Shown: positions 32,463 through 44,988, counted from the first letter of the stretch. The stretch: DNA of 64,000 nt from an uncultured Actinomycetota bacterium (GCA_963718235.1 CAVQYR010000001.1:1088001-1152000); one strand, 5' to 3'. Made by a program: numbers and translations. The notes: generated from the letters alone by a model not told the origin.

Positions 32463-32885
32463 ATGAAGCACCGCCGCATCCGCCCGTTCAACACCCGCGA
32501 GACGTATCCCGAGCAGCGTCTCGACAACGACCTGTGTCAGGCCGTGGTGGCCGCGGGCACCGTCTACCTTCGCGGGCAGATCGGGCAGGATCTCGACACC
32601 CGTGAGTCGGTCGGGGTCGGTGACGTCGAGGCTCAGGCCGAGCGGGCCATGGCCAACGTCGCGTTGTTGCTCGACGAGTGTGGCTCCAGCCTGGAGGACG
32701 TCGTCAAGGTCGTCGTGTACCTCACCGACATCCGTTTCCGCGAGCCCGTCTACCGAGTGATGGGTCGCTGGCTCAAAGGGGTCTTCCCGGTCTCGACCGG
32801 TCTGGTCGTCAGTGCGTTGGCCCGCCCGGAGTGGCTGGTCGAGATCGACGTGACCGCGGTCGTGTCGGAGCCGGCCCAGTCGTGA
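32463..32885 (+). CDS. RidA/YjgF family enamine deaminase
   Basis: VYLRGQIG and PVSTGLVVSALARPEWLVEID; N-terminal RIRPFNTRETYPEQRLDNDLCQAV subfamily signature. Confidence 0.9.
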   Translation: MKHRRIRPFNTRETYPEQRLDNDLCQAVVAAGTVYLRGQIGQDLDTRESVGVGDVEAQAERAMANVALLLDECGSSLEDVVKVVVYLTDIRFREPVYRVMGRWLKGVFPVSTGLVVSALARPEWLVEIDVTAVVSEPAQS

Positions 32886-33574
32886 CGTTCAGCGTCGTCG
32901 GCCGCTGCGCCATCACCGGTGCGATGGGGGTGGCGATCTCGTCGTCGTCGCCCGCTGTGGCGGCCCGCTGCGCCTGGGTGCGCGGGGGAGCAGGTGCTGT
33001 CACCACGCAGAACGTGACCGACCCGCGACTTGGCCCCGCCCTGCTCGACGCGCTGGAGCGCGGTGAGGACGCAGAGACAGCAGTGGCCGGCGTCGTGGCC
33101 CGGCAACCGCAGGAGGTCGTCGCGTGGCGCCAGCTCACGGCCGTCGACCGTCACGGACGAACCGCGGCCTGGACGGGACGGCAGGCCCTCGGCTTGCATG
33201 CCGAGGTCGTGCGCAGCGGTGTGGTGGTCGCGGGCAACCTGCTCGCGTCCCCGGCCGTGCTCGACGCCGCGGCCGAAGCGTTCGACGCCGACCACACCCT
33301 TCCGCTGGGTGCCCGACTCATCGCCGGCCTGGCCGCTGCGCTGTCGGCCGGTGGCGAGGCCGGCCCGGTCCGCTCGGCGGGGATGCTGATCGCCGACGCC
33401 GACCCGACCTACACGTGGCCGACCACGGACCTGCGGGTCGACTGGCACGACCAGCCGGTCACCGAGCTCGCCCGGCTCTGGACGGTCTGGGAGCCCCAGG
33501 CAGCTGCCTACCTGACCCGAGCCGTGGCCCCGGGCACCTCGCCGAGCTATGGAGTGCCGGGGGACCAGAGGTGA
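32882..33574 (+). CDS. DUF1028 (Ntn-hydrolase-like) protein
   Basis: MTFSVVGR, SSSPAVAARC, AGNLL, GGEAG and DLRVDWHDQP. Confidence 0.88.
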   Translation: MTFSVVGRCAITGAMGVAISSSSPAVAARCAWVRGGAGAVTTQNVTDPRLGPALLDALERGEDAETAVAGVVARQPQEVVAWRQLTAVDRHGRTAAWTGRQALGLHAEVVRSGVVVAGNLLASPAVLDAAAEAFDADHTLPLGARLIAGLAAALSAGGEAGPVRSAGMLIADADPTYTWPTTDLRVDWHDQPVTELARLWTVWEPQAAAYLTRAVAPGTSPSYGVPGDQR

Positions 33575-34761
33575 GCGCTGGTCCGGGCCTGCGCGCGCAC
33601 ATCCGTTCGGACGTCGACCGTCGTCGCCCGCGGCTGCTGGACCTCAGCCACCGCATCCACGGGCACCCGGAGGTGGCGTGGGAGGAGGTGCGCGCCAGTG
33701 AGTGGGTCGGGCAGGCGATGGCTGAGGGCGGGTTCGAGGTGACACCCGGTGCCTATGGCCTGCCGACCGCCGTCGAGGCGGTGCGGGGGGCTGGCCCCCT
33801 GACGATCGTGCTCTGTGCCGAGTACGACGCCCTCCCGGGAGTGGGGCATGCATGCGGACACAACGTCATCGCGGCATCGTCGGTCGGAGCAGCACTGGCG
33901 TTGGGAACGGTCGCCGACGACCTCGGGCTGCGCGTGGTGCTGCTGGGAACGCCGGCTGAAGAAGGAGGAGGGGGCAAGATCGAGCTGCTCGCTCGCGGTG
34001 CGTTCGAGCACGCCCACCTGGCGCTGATGGCCCACCCCGGCCCGGTCGACGTTGCCCGAGCCGAGGCCTTCGCCGTCTCGCACGTCCAGGTCACCTACGA
34101 CGGGAAAGCTGCGCATGCGGCTGCCTATCCCGAGGCGGGCGTGAACGCCGCTGACGCGTTTACCGTGGCGCAGGTGGCACTGGGGCTGTTGCGTCAGCAG
34201 CTACCGGCTGACGCACGCGTGCACGGGGTCGTCACGCACGGTGGCGACGCCCCGAACATCATCCCCGCCCGCACGCAGGGTCGCTGGTACGTGCGCGGAG
34301 CGACGACGACACAGCTGATCGAGGTGGAACAGCGTGCCCGGAAGTGCTTCGAGGCGGGTGCCTTGGCGACGGGGTGCCGCTTGACCGTGACTCCGGAGAG
34401 CCCTTCCTATGCCGAGTTCACCAACGACACCGATGTGTTGGCGTACTACGTGGCCAACGCCCAGGAGCTCGGACGGACCTTCGCCGCCGTTGACGACCCG
34501 GCGGGCCGGATGAACCGGGCCAGCACCGACATGGGCAACGTGTCCCAGGTGGTGCCCGCGATCCACCCCTACATCGGGATCGACTCCCTTCCGGCGGTCA
34601 ACCATCAGCCGGAGTTCGCGCTGGCGGCCGGCTCCCCGGCGGCCGACGTAGCCGTCCTCGACGCAGCGACTGCCCTGGCCTGGACCGTGGCTGATGTCGC
34701 TGCTGATCCCCGACAACGTGAGCGACTGCTCCCCGGACCAGCAAGGGGCGACGATGCGTGA
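33571..34761 (+). CDS. M20-family amidohydrolase
   Basis: HGHPEVAWEE, EYDALPGVGHACGHN, GTPAEEGGGGK and STDMGNVS. Confidence 0.9.
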   Translation: MSAGPGLRAHIRSDVDRRRPRLLDLSHRIHGHPEVAWEEVRASEWVGQAMAEGGFEVTPGAYGLPTAVEAVRGAGPLTIVLCAEYDALPGVGHACGHNVIAASSVGAALALGTVADDLGLRVVLLGTPAEEGGGGKIELLARGAFEHAHLALMAHPGPVDVARAEAFAVSHVQVTYDGKAAHAAAYPEAGVNAADAFTVAQVALGLLRQQLPADARVHGVVTHGGDAPNIIPARTQGRWYVRGATTTQLIEVEQRARKCFEAGALATGCRLTVTPESPSYAEFTNDTDVLAYYVANAQELGRTFAAVDDPAGRMNRASTDMGNVSQVVPAIHPYIGIDSLPAVNHQPEFALAAGSPAADVAVLDAATALAWTVADVAADPRQRERLLPGPARGDDA

Positions 34762-36841
34762 GCCGCGCTACGACATCCTGTTCGAGCCCGTCCAGATGGG
34801 CCCGGTCACAGCACCGAACCGCTTCTTCCAGGTACCGCACTGCAACGGCATGGGCTACCGCGACGTCACCGCACTCGCCACGATGCGAGGCGTCAAGGCC
34901 GAAGGTGGGTGGGGAGTCGTCTGCACCGAGCAGGTGGAGCTCCACTACTCGTCGGACATCACACCGTTCATCGAGCTGCGCCTGTGGGACGACCAGGACA
35001 TCCCGGCGCTGGCGCGGATGGCCGAGCGCATCCATGAGCACGGTGCGCTCGCCGGACTCGAGCTCACCTACAACGGGATGAACGGTCCGAACCTCTACAG
35101 CCGTGAGGCACCGATGGGTCCGGCGCATCTGCCGGTGGCCACCTGGTCGCTGGACCCGGTCCAGGCCCGGGCCATGACCAAGCAGGACATCGTCGACCTG
35201 CGTCGCTGGCACAAAGCCGCGGTGGGTCGTGCGCTGCAGGCTGACTACGACATCGTGTACGTGTACGCCGGGCATGCGCTGGGCGGCATCCACCACTTCC
35301 TGAGCCCACGGTTCAACCAGCGCACCGACGAGTACGGCGGCAGCACCGTCAACCGGATGCGCCTGTTGCGCGAGATTCTCGAGGACACCCGTGAGGCGTG
35401 CGACGGTCGGGCAGCTGTGGCGTGCCGGATCACGATCGACGAGCTGCTCGGCGACGGTGGGATCGACCGGGCCGAGATCGAGCACGTGATCGGCGAGCTG
35501 TCCGAGCACCCCGACGTGTGGGACTTCGTCCTCGGCTCGTGGGAGGACGACTCGGTGACCTCCCGGTTCGGTCCCGAGGCCAGCCAGGAGGAGTACGTCA
35601 AAGGCCTGAAACAGCTGACGACCCGACCGGTGGTCGGCGTGGGTCGCTTCACCTCGCCCGACACGATGGTCCGCCAGGTGAAACAAGGGATCCTCGACCT
35701 GATCGGTGCTGCTCGCCCGTCGATCGCCGACCCCTTCCTTCCGCGCAAGATCGAGGAGGGTCGGCTCGAGGAGATCCGCGAGTGCATCGGCTGCAACATC
35801 TGCGTCTCCGGCGACTTCACCATGTCGCCGATCCGCTGCACGCAGAACCCGACGATGGGAGAGGAGTGGCGGCGCGGCTGGCACCCGGAGCGGATCCAGG
35901 TGCGAGGTTCGCAGTCGTCGGTGCTGGTGGTGGGGGCTGGCCCGTCCGGCCTGGAGGCAGCGCGCGCACTCGGGCACCGCGGCTACGACGTCACGCTCAC
36001 CGAGGCCACGCGACAGCTCGGTGGTCGGGTGTGGCGCGAGTCACGACTTCCGGGACTGGCCGCCTGGGTGCGGGTGCTCGACTACCGGGAGCGGCAGATC
36101 CGCTCGCTGAAGAACGTCGAGGTGGCGCTGGAGTCGGTCATGACGGCCGACGACGTCGTCGGCAGCGGGTTCGAGCACGTGGTGGTTGCGACCGGGGCGC
36201 GGTGGAGAAGCGACGGCGTCGGCCGGTGGCACCTGACTCCTGTTCCCGTCGAGGGGTCGGCGTCCGTGCTCACTCCCGACGACCTCATGTCCGGGTCCCG
36301 CCCGGCGGGTAGCCGGGTGGTCGTGTTCGACGACGACCACTACTACATGGGTGGCGTCCTCGCCGAGCTGTTGGCCGGCGAGGGCTACGAGGTGCACCTG
36401 GTGACCCCGGCGGCCCAGGTGTCGAGCTGGACCAACAACACCCTCGAGATCATCCGGATCCAGCAGCGGGTGCTGGGTGCCGGAGTTCACGTGCGCACCG
36501 CTCGGGTCCTGACCGCCGTCGCACCGGGAGAGGTCACGATCGCCTGCGCCTACACCGGCCGCGAGGAGGCGATGGCGGCCGACGCGGTGGTGATGGTCAC
36601 CGCCCGGCTGCCGCGCGAGGAGCTGCTGCACGAGCTGACGGCGCGCGGCACGGAGTGGGAGAGCGGCGGGCTACTGAGTGTGCGCGCGATCGGTGACGCG
36701 TTCGCCCCTGCCACCATCGCTGCTGCCGTCTACGAGGGCCACAAGTACGCCGAGGAGCTGGACGGACCGCCGCGCACGGGAGACGTCGTCCCGTTCCGCC
36801 GCGAGGTGACCGCCTTGGCGCCGCACGGAGACCCCGCATGA
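34754..36841 (+). CDS. Histamine dehydrogenase-like Fe-S flavoprotein (trimethylamine/histamine dehydrogenase family)
   Basis: QVPHCNGMGYRD (6-S-cysteinyl-FMN Cys), CTEQVE, CIGCNICVSGD..RCTQNP and FRREVT; closely matches the recalled Nocardioides simplex histamine dehydrogenase. Confidence 0.85.
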   Translation: MREPRYDILFEPVQMGPVTAPNRFFQVPHCNGMGYRDVTALATMRGVKAEGGWGVVCTEQVELHYSSDITPFIELRLWDDQDIPALARMAERIHEHGALAGLELTYNGMNGPNLYSREAPMGPAHLPVATWSLDPVQARAMTKQDIVDLRRWHKAAVGRALQADYDIVYVYAGHALGGIHHFLSPRFNQRTDEYGGSTVNRMRLLREILEDTREACDGRAAVACRITIDELLGDGGIDRAEIEHVIGELSEHPDVWDFVLGSWEDDSVTSRFGPEASQEEYVKGLKQLTTRPVVGVGRFTSPDTMVRQVKQGILDLIGAARPSIADPFLPRKIEEGRLEEIRECIGCNICVSGDFTMSPIRCTQNPTMGEEWRRGWHPERIQVRGSQSSVLVVGAGPSGLEAARALGHRGYDVTLTEATRQLGGRVWRESRLPGLAAWVRVLDYRERQIRSLKNVEVALESVMTADDVVGSGFEHVVVATGARWRSDGVGRWHLTPVPVEGSASVLTPDDLMSGSRPAGSRVVVFDDDHYYMGGVLAELLAGEGYEVHLVTPAAQVSSWTNNTLEIIRIQQRVLGAGVHVRTARVLTAVAPGEVTIACAYTGREEAMAADAVVMVTARLPREELLHELTARGTEWESGGLLSVRAIGDAFAPATIAAAVYEGHKYAEELDGPPRTGDVVPFRREVTALAPHGDPA

Positions 36842-36920
36842 CTGGAGCTGCCAGCCCAGCGTCACCGACCAGCGTCGATGGGGCGCCCTGTCGCCGAGCC
36901 TCTGCCCCGAGGAGAAGAAC

Positions 36921-38412
36921 ATGCCTGAGACCCGTACCCGTGACGACTGGCAGCGGCAGGCACACGGTCTGCCGTTGCGAGGTGCCGCCTACATCGACGG
37001 GGCGCCGGTCGAGGCGGTGTCTGGGGCGACCTTCGACAACTTCAGCCCGACCACGGGCGAGGTGCTCAACCAGGTGGCCTCGACGGACACGGCCGACGTG
37101 GATCGCGCCGTCGCGGCGGCGCGGGCAGCCTTCGTCCGTGGCGACTGGGCGCACAGCTCACCAGGCGAGCGCAAGGAGGTGCTGCTGCGACTGGCCCAGC
37201 TGATCCGTGACAACGCGGACGAGCTGGCCCTGCTCGAGTGCCTGGACATGGGTAAGCCGATCACCGACGCACTGACTGGTGATGTTCCGGGGGCGGCCGC
37301 GGTATGGCAGTGGCACGCCGAGGCGATCGACAAGGTCTACGACGAGGTGGCTCCCACGGGTCGGGGCGACTTGGCGCTGGTGCGCCGCGAGCCGCTCGGC
37401 GTCGTGGCGGCAGTCGTGCCGTGGAACTTCCCCCTGGACATGGCTGCCTGGAAGTGCGCACCTGCGCTCGCCACCGGGAACTCGGTCATCCTCAAGCCCG
37501 CGGAGCAGTCGCCGCTGTCGGCGCTGCGACTGGCCGAGCTGGCCACGGAGGCCGGCGTGCCCGATGGTGTCCTGAACGTCCTTCCGGGCTTCGGCGAGAC
37601 GGCCGGCGCAGGCACTCGGGCGCCACTTGGACGTCGACTGCCTGGCGTTCACCGGGTCGACCGAGGTCGGCAAGTACTTCTTGAGGTACTCGGCGGAGTC
37701 CAACGCCAAGCAGGTCTGGCTCGAGCTCGGTGGCAAAAGCCCGAACCTGGTGTTCGCCGACGCCGGCCCGTTGGAGGAGGTCGCCGCCAAGGCGGCGTTC
37801 GGCATCTTCTTCAACCAGGGGGAGGTCTGCTCGGCCAACTCCCGCCTGCTCGTGGACCGCACGGTCAAGGACGAGCTGCTCGAGCTGCTGGTCGAGCAGG
37901 CCGCGTCGATGGCCCCAGGTCACCCGCTCGACCCGCAGACCGCGATGGGTGCGCTGGTGACCAGGGAGCACACCGACCAGGTCATGCGCTTCGTGGAGTC
38001 CGGGCGCGCGTCAGCCCGACTGGTCACCGGCGGGGAGAGGCTGACCCTGTCGAGCGACTGCTACGTCACTCCCACCATCTTTGACGACGTGACGCCCGAC
38101 CACGAGATCGGGCGCGACGAGATCTTCGGCCCCGTGCTGTCGGTGATGTCGTTCGACGACGATGCCGAGGCGGTCGCCGTCGCCAACGACAGCCGCTTCG
38201 GACTGGCGGCCTCGGTGTGGACCTCAGACCTGTCGCGAGCGCTGCGGGTGTCCGAGCAGCTGCACGTCGGAACCGTCTCGGTCAACACCGTCGACGCCCT
38301 GAGCCCGATGACCCCGTTCGGCGGGTTCAAGCAGTCGGGCATGGGCCGTGACCTGTCTCTGCACTCGTTCGACAAGTACACGGGCCTGAAGACGACCTGG
38401 ATCAGGTACTGA
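36921..38412 (+). CDS. NAD-dependent aldehyde dehydrogenase (PuuC-like); +1 frameshift near 37605
   Basis: PWNFP, KPAEQS, FTGSTEVG, LELGGKSP, NQGEVC, EIFGP and PFGGFKQSG spread over two frames. Confidence 0.9.
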
Positions 38413-38439
38413 CATGAACGACCTCGACGCGGGGCGCAT

Positions 38440-39399
38440 GTGACCGCCGGCGCTGACCGTGGTTCGGGCACCGCCCGCTACACCCTGCGCCAGCTGGAGT
38501 ACTTCGTCGCAGTCGCCGAGTCCGGAACGGTCACTGCCGCCGCCGACCGGGTCCACCTGTCGCAGTCCGCGATGTCGACCGCGCTGGCCGATCTGGAACG
38601 GGCGCTCGGGGTGCAGCTGCTCGTGCGCCATCATGCCCGCGGCGTCACGCTGACACCGGCCGGTGAGGAGCTGCTGATCCGTGCGCGCGAGCTGCTACGC
38701 CAGGCCGAGGACCTCGACAGTGCGGCACACGCCCTGGGCGAGGCTCTGGTCGGTCGCGTGCGCCTCGGCTGCTTCTCCATCTTGTCGCCGTACCTGCTGC
38801 CGCCGCTGCTGGCGGCCGTCGACGAGCGGCTGCCCGGCCTCGAGGTCGAGCCGGTCGAGGAGTCACTCGACGGGCTGGGGGCCGGTCTGCGCGAAGGACG
38901 GTTCGAGCTGGCCCTGACGTACGACCTGGGCCTCGGTACCGGTTTCGAGTGCGAGCCGTTGCTGGAGGTCCGACCGCACGCTCTGCTGCCCGCCGACCAT
39001 CGGTTCGCCGCCCAGCCCTCGGTACGCCTCGAGGAGCTGGCGGACGAACCCTTCGTCCTGCTCGACCTTCCGCACAGCCGCGACTACTTCACGGCCGCCT
39101 TCGGCGCCGCCGGAGTCACGCCCCGGATCCGGTACCGCACCCGTAGCGCGGAGACGGCCCGGGCCCTGGTCGCGCGGGGCCTCGGCTGGAGCCTGCTCAA
39201 CCTGCGGCCGGCCACCGACGAGTCCGTTGAAGGACGGCCGGTGGTCGCCCGTCCCCTCTCCGACCCAGTTCCCGCGCTCACCGTCGTGCTCGCGCTTGCG
39301 GTCGGCTCCCGGCCGACCCGACGTGCGCAGGCACTGGCCGATCTGGCGCGGGAGGTGCTGACGCCACCGATGCTGCAGGCCGACGGCGACCAGCGGTAG
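38440..39399 (+). CDS. LysR-family transcriptional regulator
   Basis: TLRQLEYFVAVAESGTVTAAA..HLSQSAMS..LGVQLLVR. Confidence 0.95.
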   Translation: MTAGADRGSGTARYTLRQLEYFVAVAESGTVTAAADRVHLSQSAMSTALADLERALGVQLLVRHHARGVTLTPAGEELLIRARELLRQAEDLDSAAHALGEALVGRVRLGCFSILSPYLLPPLLAAVDERLPGLEVEPVEESLDGLGAGLREGRFELALTYDLGLGTGFECEPLLEVRPHALLPADHRFAAQPSVRLEELADEPFVLLDLPHSRDYFTAAFGAAGVTPRIRYRTRSAETARALVARGLGWSLLNLRPATDESVEGRPVVARPLSDPVPALTVVLALAVGSRPTRRAQALADLAREVLTPPMLQADGDQR

Positions 39400-39439
39400 T
39401 TCCCAGGGACCCGGCCAGGGACCTGACCCGCGGCCGCCG

Positions 39440-40465
39440 TCAGGGTGCCGCGGGCTGGTGCTGGGTGATGCAGTGCACGCCTCCGCCGTTGCGGAAGATC
39501 GGACGAGCGTCGACCATCACGATCCGGCGGGAGGGGAACAGGCCCTGGATCTGGTCGCGTGCCCGCGCATCGGACTCGGCGTCGCCGAAGGAGCACATCA
39601 CGATGCCGTCGTTCACGAACGAGAAGTTGATGTAGCTGTGGTCGATGGCGACGCCGTCCTCGATGGTGGTCTCGGGAGCGTCGATGGTGATGAGCTCGAG
39701 CGCGCGGCCTCTGGCGTCGGTGGCCTCCCGAAGCCGTGCCACGTTCTCCTCCATCACCGCATGGTCGTAGTGCTTGGGGTCGGGCTGCCCATGGACGACG
39801 ACCACTCCCGGTCGCACGAAGGCCGCGAGCACGTCGACGTGCCCGTTGGTCCCGATGCCTGGCCGGAACTCCTGCATGTCTCCCATCAGGCCGCGTACCA
39901 GCCAGATGACCTTGGTCACCCCGATCGTTCGCTCCAGCTCGGCCTCGACGTCAGCCTTCGACCAGCCGGGGTTCCGCCCGTCGTGCAGCTGCACCGTCTC
40001 GGTCACGAGGACGGTGCCTTCGCCGTCGACGTGGATCCCCCCACCCTCGTTCACCAGTGGGCTTGACACGAGTCTGGTGCCGGCGACCTCCGCAACGAAG
40101 GAGGCAACCTGGGCGTCGAGATCGGAGGCAACCAGGTTGGAGCCCCACCCGTTGAAGACCCAGTCGACCGCGTGGGGGACGCCCGCGTCGTCGAACACGA
40201 ACGTCGGTCCGTTGTCCCGCAGCCAGCCGTCGTTGAGCTCCGCATTGAGCAGGGTGACGCGTGGGTCGAGAAGGCTGCGCGCCTGTGCCAGGGAGTCCGG
40301 CGTCGCGAGCACCGTGACGGGCTCGAACTCGGCCACTGCGTTCGCGACGCTAGCCCATGCCGGCGCCACGTCATCCCCACTGCCCTGCACCGGGCCGCCG
40401 ATGGGTGGCCAGGACATCCAGGTGCGCAGATGAGGGACCCACTCGGCGGGCATGCGGTAGGTCAT
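39440..40465 (-). CDS. aguA: Agmatine deiminase family protein
   Basis: MPAEW, WLRDNGP, FNGWG, EGGGIHVDG, GHVD, SYIN and GGGVHCITQHQP. Confidence 0.9.
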   Translation of the reverse strand: MTYRMPAEWVPHLRTWMSWPPIGGPVQGSGDDVAPAWASVANAVAEFEPVTVLATPDSLAQARSLLDPRVTLLNAELNDGWLRDNGPTFVFDDAGVPHAVDWVFNGWGSNLVASDLDAQVASFVAEVAGTRLVSSPLVNEGGGIHVDGEGTVLVTETVQLHDGRNPGWSKADVEAELERTIGVTKVIWLVRGLMGDMQEFRPGIGTNGHVDVLAAFVRPGVVVVHGQPDPKHYDHAVMEENVARLREATDARGRALELITIDAPETTIEDGVAIDHSYINFSFVNDGIVMCSFGDAESDARARDQIQGLFPSRRIVMVDARPIFRNGGGVHCITQHQPAAP

Positions 40466-40668
40466 GGACTACCTCCGTGTCACGAGGAGCCGATCCTGAC
40501 ACGCGGCGAGGGAGGGTGCCAGTGCGGTGCTCGGTGCGCGTCGCTGCGCGCTGTGCCCCCATGTGCACAGCCAGGCTGGGTGAAGGCCATCCACAGCCCC
40601 GATGACAACTGCACGACCGGGGATGGATGAAAGCGAGGGTGGGCCGTCCGCTCGGCGAAAGGCAGCCC

Positions 40669-41157
40669 ATGAACGAGATCACCGTCAGCGTGGTAGGCAA
40701 CGTCGCAGGCGACGTCGTGTTCCGGAAGGTCGGCAACGGCATCTCGCGTTCGTCCTTCCGGCTGGCCTCCTCGACCCGGTTCTACGACAAGGTCCGACGT
40801 GAGTGGGCCGACGGCCCCACGACCTGGTTCACCGTCGTCTGCTTCCGCGTGTGCGCGGAGAACGTCTCGTCTTCGCTCAGCAAAGGTGATCCGGTCGTGG
40901 TCACCGGCCAACTGGCCGTCCGGGAGTGGGAGAAGGAAGGCCGGCGGGGTACAACCCTGGTAATCGAGGCCAAGCACCTCGGCCACGACCTGTCCCGAGG
41001 CTCGTCGGCGTTCAAACGGCGGGTACGCGCTGCGGGAGGCCACGACACCGAGGAGGCGCCGAAGGCGGTCGAGGTCGCGCCGACGGCCGGGTCGACCGCA
41101 GGTGAGAAGACCCCTGAGCCTGACGTCAGCACGCGGGACGCCGGTCGGGCTGCGTGA
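40669..41157 (+). CDS. ssb: Single-stranded DNA-binding protein (actinobacterial SsbB-type paralog)
   Basis: VVGNV, SFRLAS, AENVSSSLSKGDPVVVTG and GHDLSRG; lies before ettA. Confidence 0.9.
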   Translation: MNEITVSVVGNVAGDVVFRKVGNGISRSSFRLASSTRFYDKVRREWADGPTTWFTVVCFRVCAENVSSSLSKGDPVVVTGQLAVREWEKEGRRGTTLVIEAKHLGHDLSRGSSAFKRRVRAAGGHDTEEAPKAVEVAPTAGSTAGEKTPEPDVSTRDAGRAA

Positions 41158-41181
41158 GGTGGACCCAACTAGGCTTCGCCC

Positions 41182-42852
<1,671 letters not shown>

Positions 42853-42858
42853 CCCGTC

Positions 42859-43275
42859 GTGGCCCGCCATCGGTACGAGTGCTCGCTGCGCTGGTCCGAC
42901 ATGGATGCCTACGGGCACGTCAACAACGTCGTCTTCCTGACCTACCTGGAAGAGGCGCGGGTCGACATGCTCTTCGTGCACGCCGGCAACGACGCGGCAA
43001 CGGAGAAGCTCGCCTCGGGCATCGTGGTCGCGCGCCACGAGATCGACTACAAGGCCCCACTGGTGTTCCGGCCGGAGCCGGTGCCGATCGAGGTGTGGGT
43101 CGAGAAGCTGGGCAACGCGTCGTTCACCCTGGCCTACGAGGTCAAGGACGACGACGGCACGGTCTACGTGCGGGCCTCCAGCGTGATGGTCCCCTACGAC
43201 GTCCAGGCGGGCCGACCGCGTCGGGTGTCCGACGTCGAGCGTGAGGCCTTGCAGCGGTTCCTCGTGCCGGCATGA
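42859..43275 (+). CDS. Acyl-CoA thioesterase (4HBT/hotdog family)
   Basis: LRWSDMDAYGHVNN..YLEEAR. Confidence 0.92.
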   Translation: MARHRYECSLRWSDMDAYGHVNNVVFLTYLEEARVDMLFVHAGNDAATEKLASGIVVARHEIDYKAPLVFRPEPVPIEVWVEKLGNASFTLAYEVKDDDGTVYVRASSVMVPYDVQAGRPRRVSDVEREALQRFLVPA

Positions 43276-43898
43276 CCGAAGTCGCGCTCGCGGCGGGGGA
43301 GTCGCCCGGCCTCGCCGACTACCTGGACCGGCTGACCGGGCTGGACCACCGGGCGGCCGTACGCCTCCAGGCTTCGTCGTCGGTGCTGGGCGTGTGGAGC
43401 GGCCCACCCTTCGAGGCGGTCGCGCTGCGGCCGGTCGCCCTGGCCGAGCCGGCCACCTTCGACGTCACGGTCTCTGCCCAACGGTTGCGGGACCGGCTGT
43501 CTGATGCCGGAGCCATCGAGCTGCCGGGCCCGGTGCCCGGCCCGTCGTGGGTGGGGCTGCTGCCGCCGCGTTCCGGGTGGGAGGAGCGGGCCCGCGGGCA
43601 GGTCGGCTACCTCCGCGAGGCGGTGGACACGGCCAAGCACTTCTTCCGGCAGCGGGCAGAGGGGGTGACCGAACGCACGCGACTCGACTCGATCGCCGCC
43701 GACGTCTGGGAGCGCGCCTGCCTGGGTGAGGTGCCGGTGCGCGCCGCCCACGCGGCCGAGGCGCTGGGCCTGCTCGGTCCGGCCGACGGAGAAGTCGTGG
43801 CCTGGTCGGCCACCGGCTGGGTCCGGCTGTCCGCTCCCGGGGGCAGCGTCGCCGTCCGCCGTGAGCCGGTTCCCGGCCTGTCGCTCCTGTTCCCCTGA
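43272..43898 (+). CDS. Conserved actinobacterial hypothetical protein
   Basis: AAVRLQA, WVGLLPPRSGW and WVRLSAPGGSV; coupled to the thioesterase. Confidence 0.75.
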   Translation: MTEVALAAGESPGLADYLDRLTGLDHRAAVRLQASSSVLGVWSGPPFEAVALRPVALAEPATFDVTVSAQRLRDRLSDAGAIELPGPVPGPSWVGLLPPRSGWEERARGQVGYLREAVDTAKHFFRQRAEGVTERTRLDSIAADVWERACLGEVPVRAAHAAEALGLLGPADGEVVAWSATGWVRLSAPGGSVAVRREPVPGLSLLFP

Positions 43899-43905
43899 CC
43901 TCTTC

Positions 43906-43946
43906 TGCTGAGACAAAGTGCCCCCTGGGGGCCCGCGATCTCAGCA
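43906..43946. terminator. Inverted repeat between convergent genes
   Basis: TGCTGAGA ... TCTCAGCA. Confidence 0.4.
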
Positions 43947-43953
43947 AGACCGG

Positions 43954-44988
43954 TCAGCGCCGGCTGTCGTAGACGGCGAAGCGGTAGGTGCCCGGGGGGA
44001 AGCGGTCGACCTCGAACCGGATCGCTACCTGGTCGCCCGAGGCGATGCCGAGGTCGCTGAGCGAGACGCTGAACTCGTGGGACTCGCTGTCGTAGGTCCA
44101 CGAGTACTGCGTGGCGACCAGTCGGTCGTCGGCGAACAGCCGGAAGGTACCGGGAGCGACCGTCTGCAGGACCACCCGAAGCCCCTTGCTCACCGGAACC
44201 GTGTAGGTGAAACCAGTGGGATCCGAGGGGTGGGCGCCGCTGAACACGAGCCGGGGGCCGCCGTAGCGCGGCAGCAGCGCGTTGAACGCGTCGAAATCGG
44301 GAAGCAGGACCTCGGGTCGGTCGGGGAACGGGTACTCGTCCAGCGGAACGGCCTGGTAGACGCCGATCCGGAACCGGGTCCCGTCGTATCGGTGCGGATC
44401 CGGGAACTCGAAACGCACCTCCGCCGGAACGCCGGCCTTGAGCCCGTACTCGGCTGCCCAGTCGAGGCCTTTCACGCGACCCATGTCCCCGTCGCCGGAC
44501 AGGCCCAGCGACTGCCCACATCCAGTGCTTGCGTAGGGAACCCCCTTGATCGACAGCAGCGGCATGGCCTTCACCGCCGCCGGAAAGGTGCTGGTCGAGA
44601 AGTGTTCACCGGCGCAGGAGTACACGAGGCCGAAGTCCAAGGACGTGGGCGTGAACACGAGGGTGATCCCCTTCGCGTCGGTCTCCTCCTTCGAGGCCAC
44701 GAGTGTTCCGCCGCGCAGGTACTCCGGCAGCGGGACGTCGCCGTCGGCGGTCACCGTCGGTGTGGGGGTCGGCTGGTCCGACGGAGGTGGCGGGGCCGTT
44801 CGTCCAGGCAGGTTGGGCAGCACGAGCCCGGCAACGGCCACAGCAACCGCGACGACGACGACACCGGACCGTCGACGTCGGATCGTGCGGCCCCGTCGGG
44901 CGGCGCGTTCGGCCAGGTCGCCCACCACCGGCGGCTCGGCGGACACCTGGGCGAGCCGGTGCTTCAGGTCGTCGGTCGTCGGCGTCAT
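43954..44988 (-). CDS. Single-pass membrane protein, probable anti-sigma partner
   Basis: Short N-terminus, RRGRTIRRRR, one TM, Pro linker and an extracellular domain; 4-nt overlap with the ECF sigma gene. Confidence 0.75.
   Translation of the reverse strand: MTPTTDDLKHRLAQVSAEPPVVGDLAERAARRGRTIRRRRSGVVVVAVAVAVAGLVLPNLPGRTAPPPPSDQPTPTPTVTADGDVPLPEYLRGGTLVASKEETDAKGITLVFTPTSLDFGLVYSCAGEHFSTSTFPAAVKAMPLLSIKGVPYASTGCGQSLGLSGDGDMGRVKGLDWAAEYGLKAGVPAEVRFEFPDPHRYDGTRFRIGVYQAVPLDEYPFPDRPEVLLPDFDAFNALLPRYGGPRLVFSGAHPSDPTGFTYTVPVSKGLRVVLQTVAPGTFRLFADDRLVATQYSWTYDSESHEFSVSLSDLGIASGDQVAIRFEVDRFPPGTYRFAVYDSRR

Noticed and set aside
40550-40630. DnaA-box-like words (TGTGCACA, CATCCACA) upstream of ssb
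   Set aside because: Too degenerate to call without comparative data
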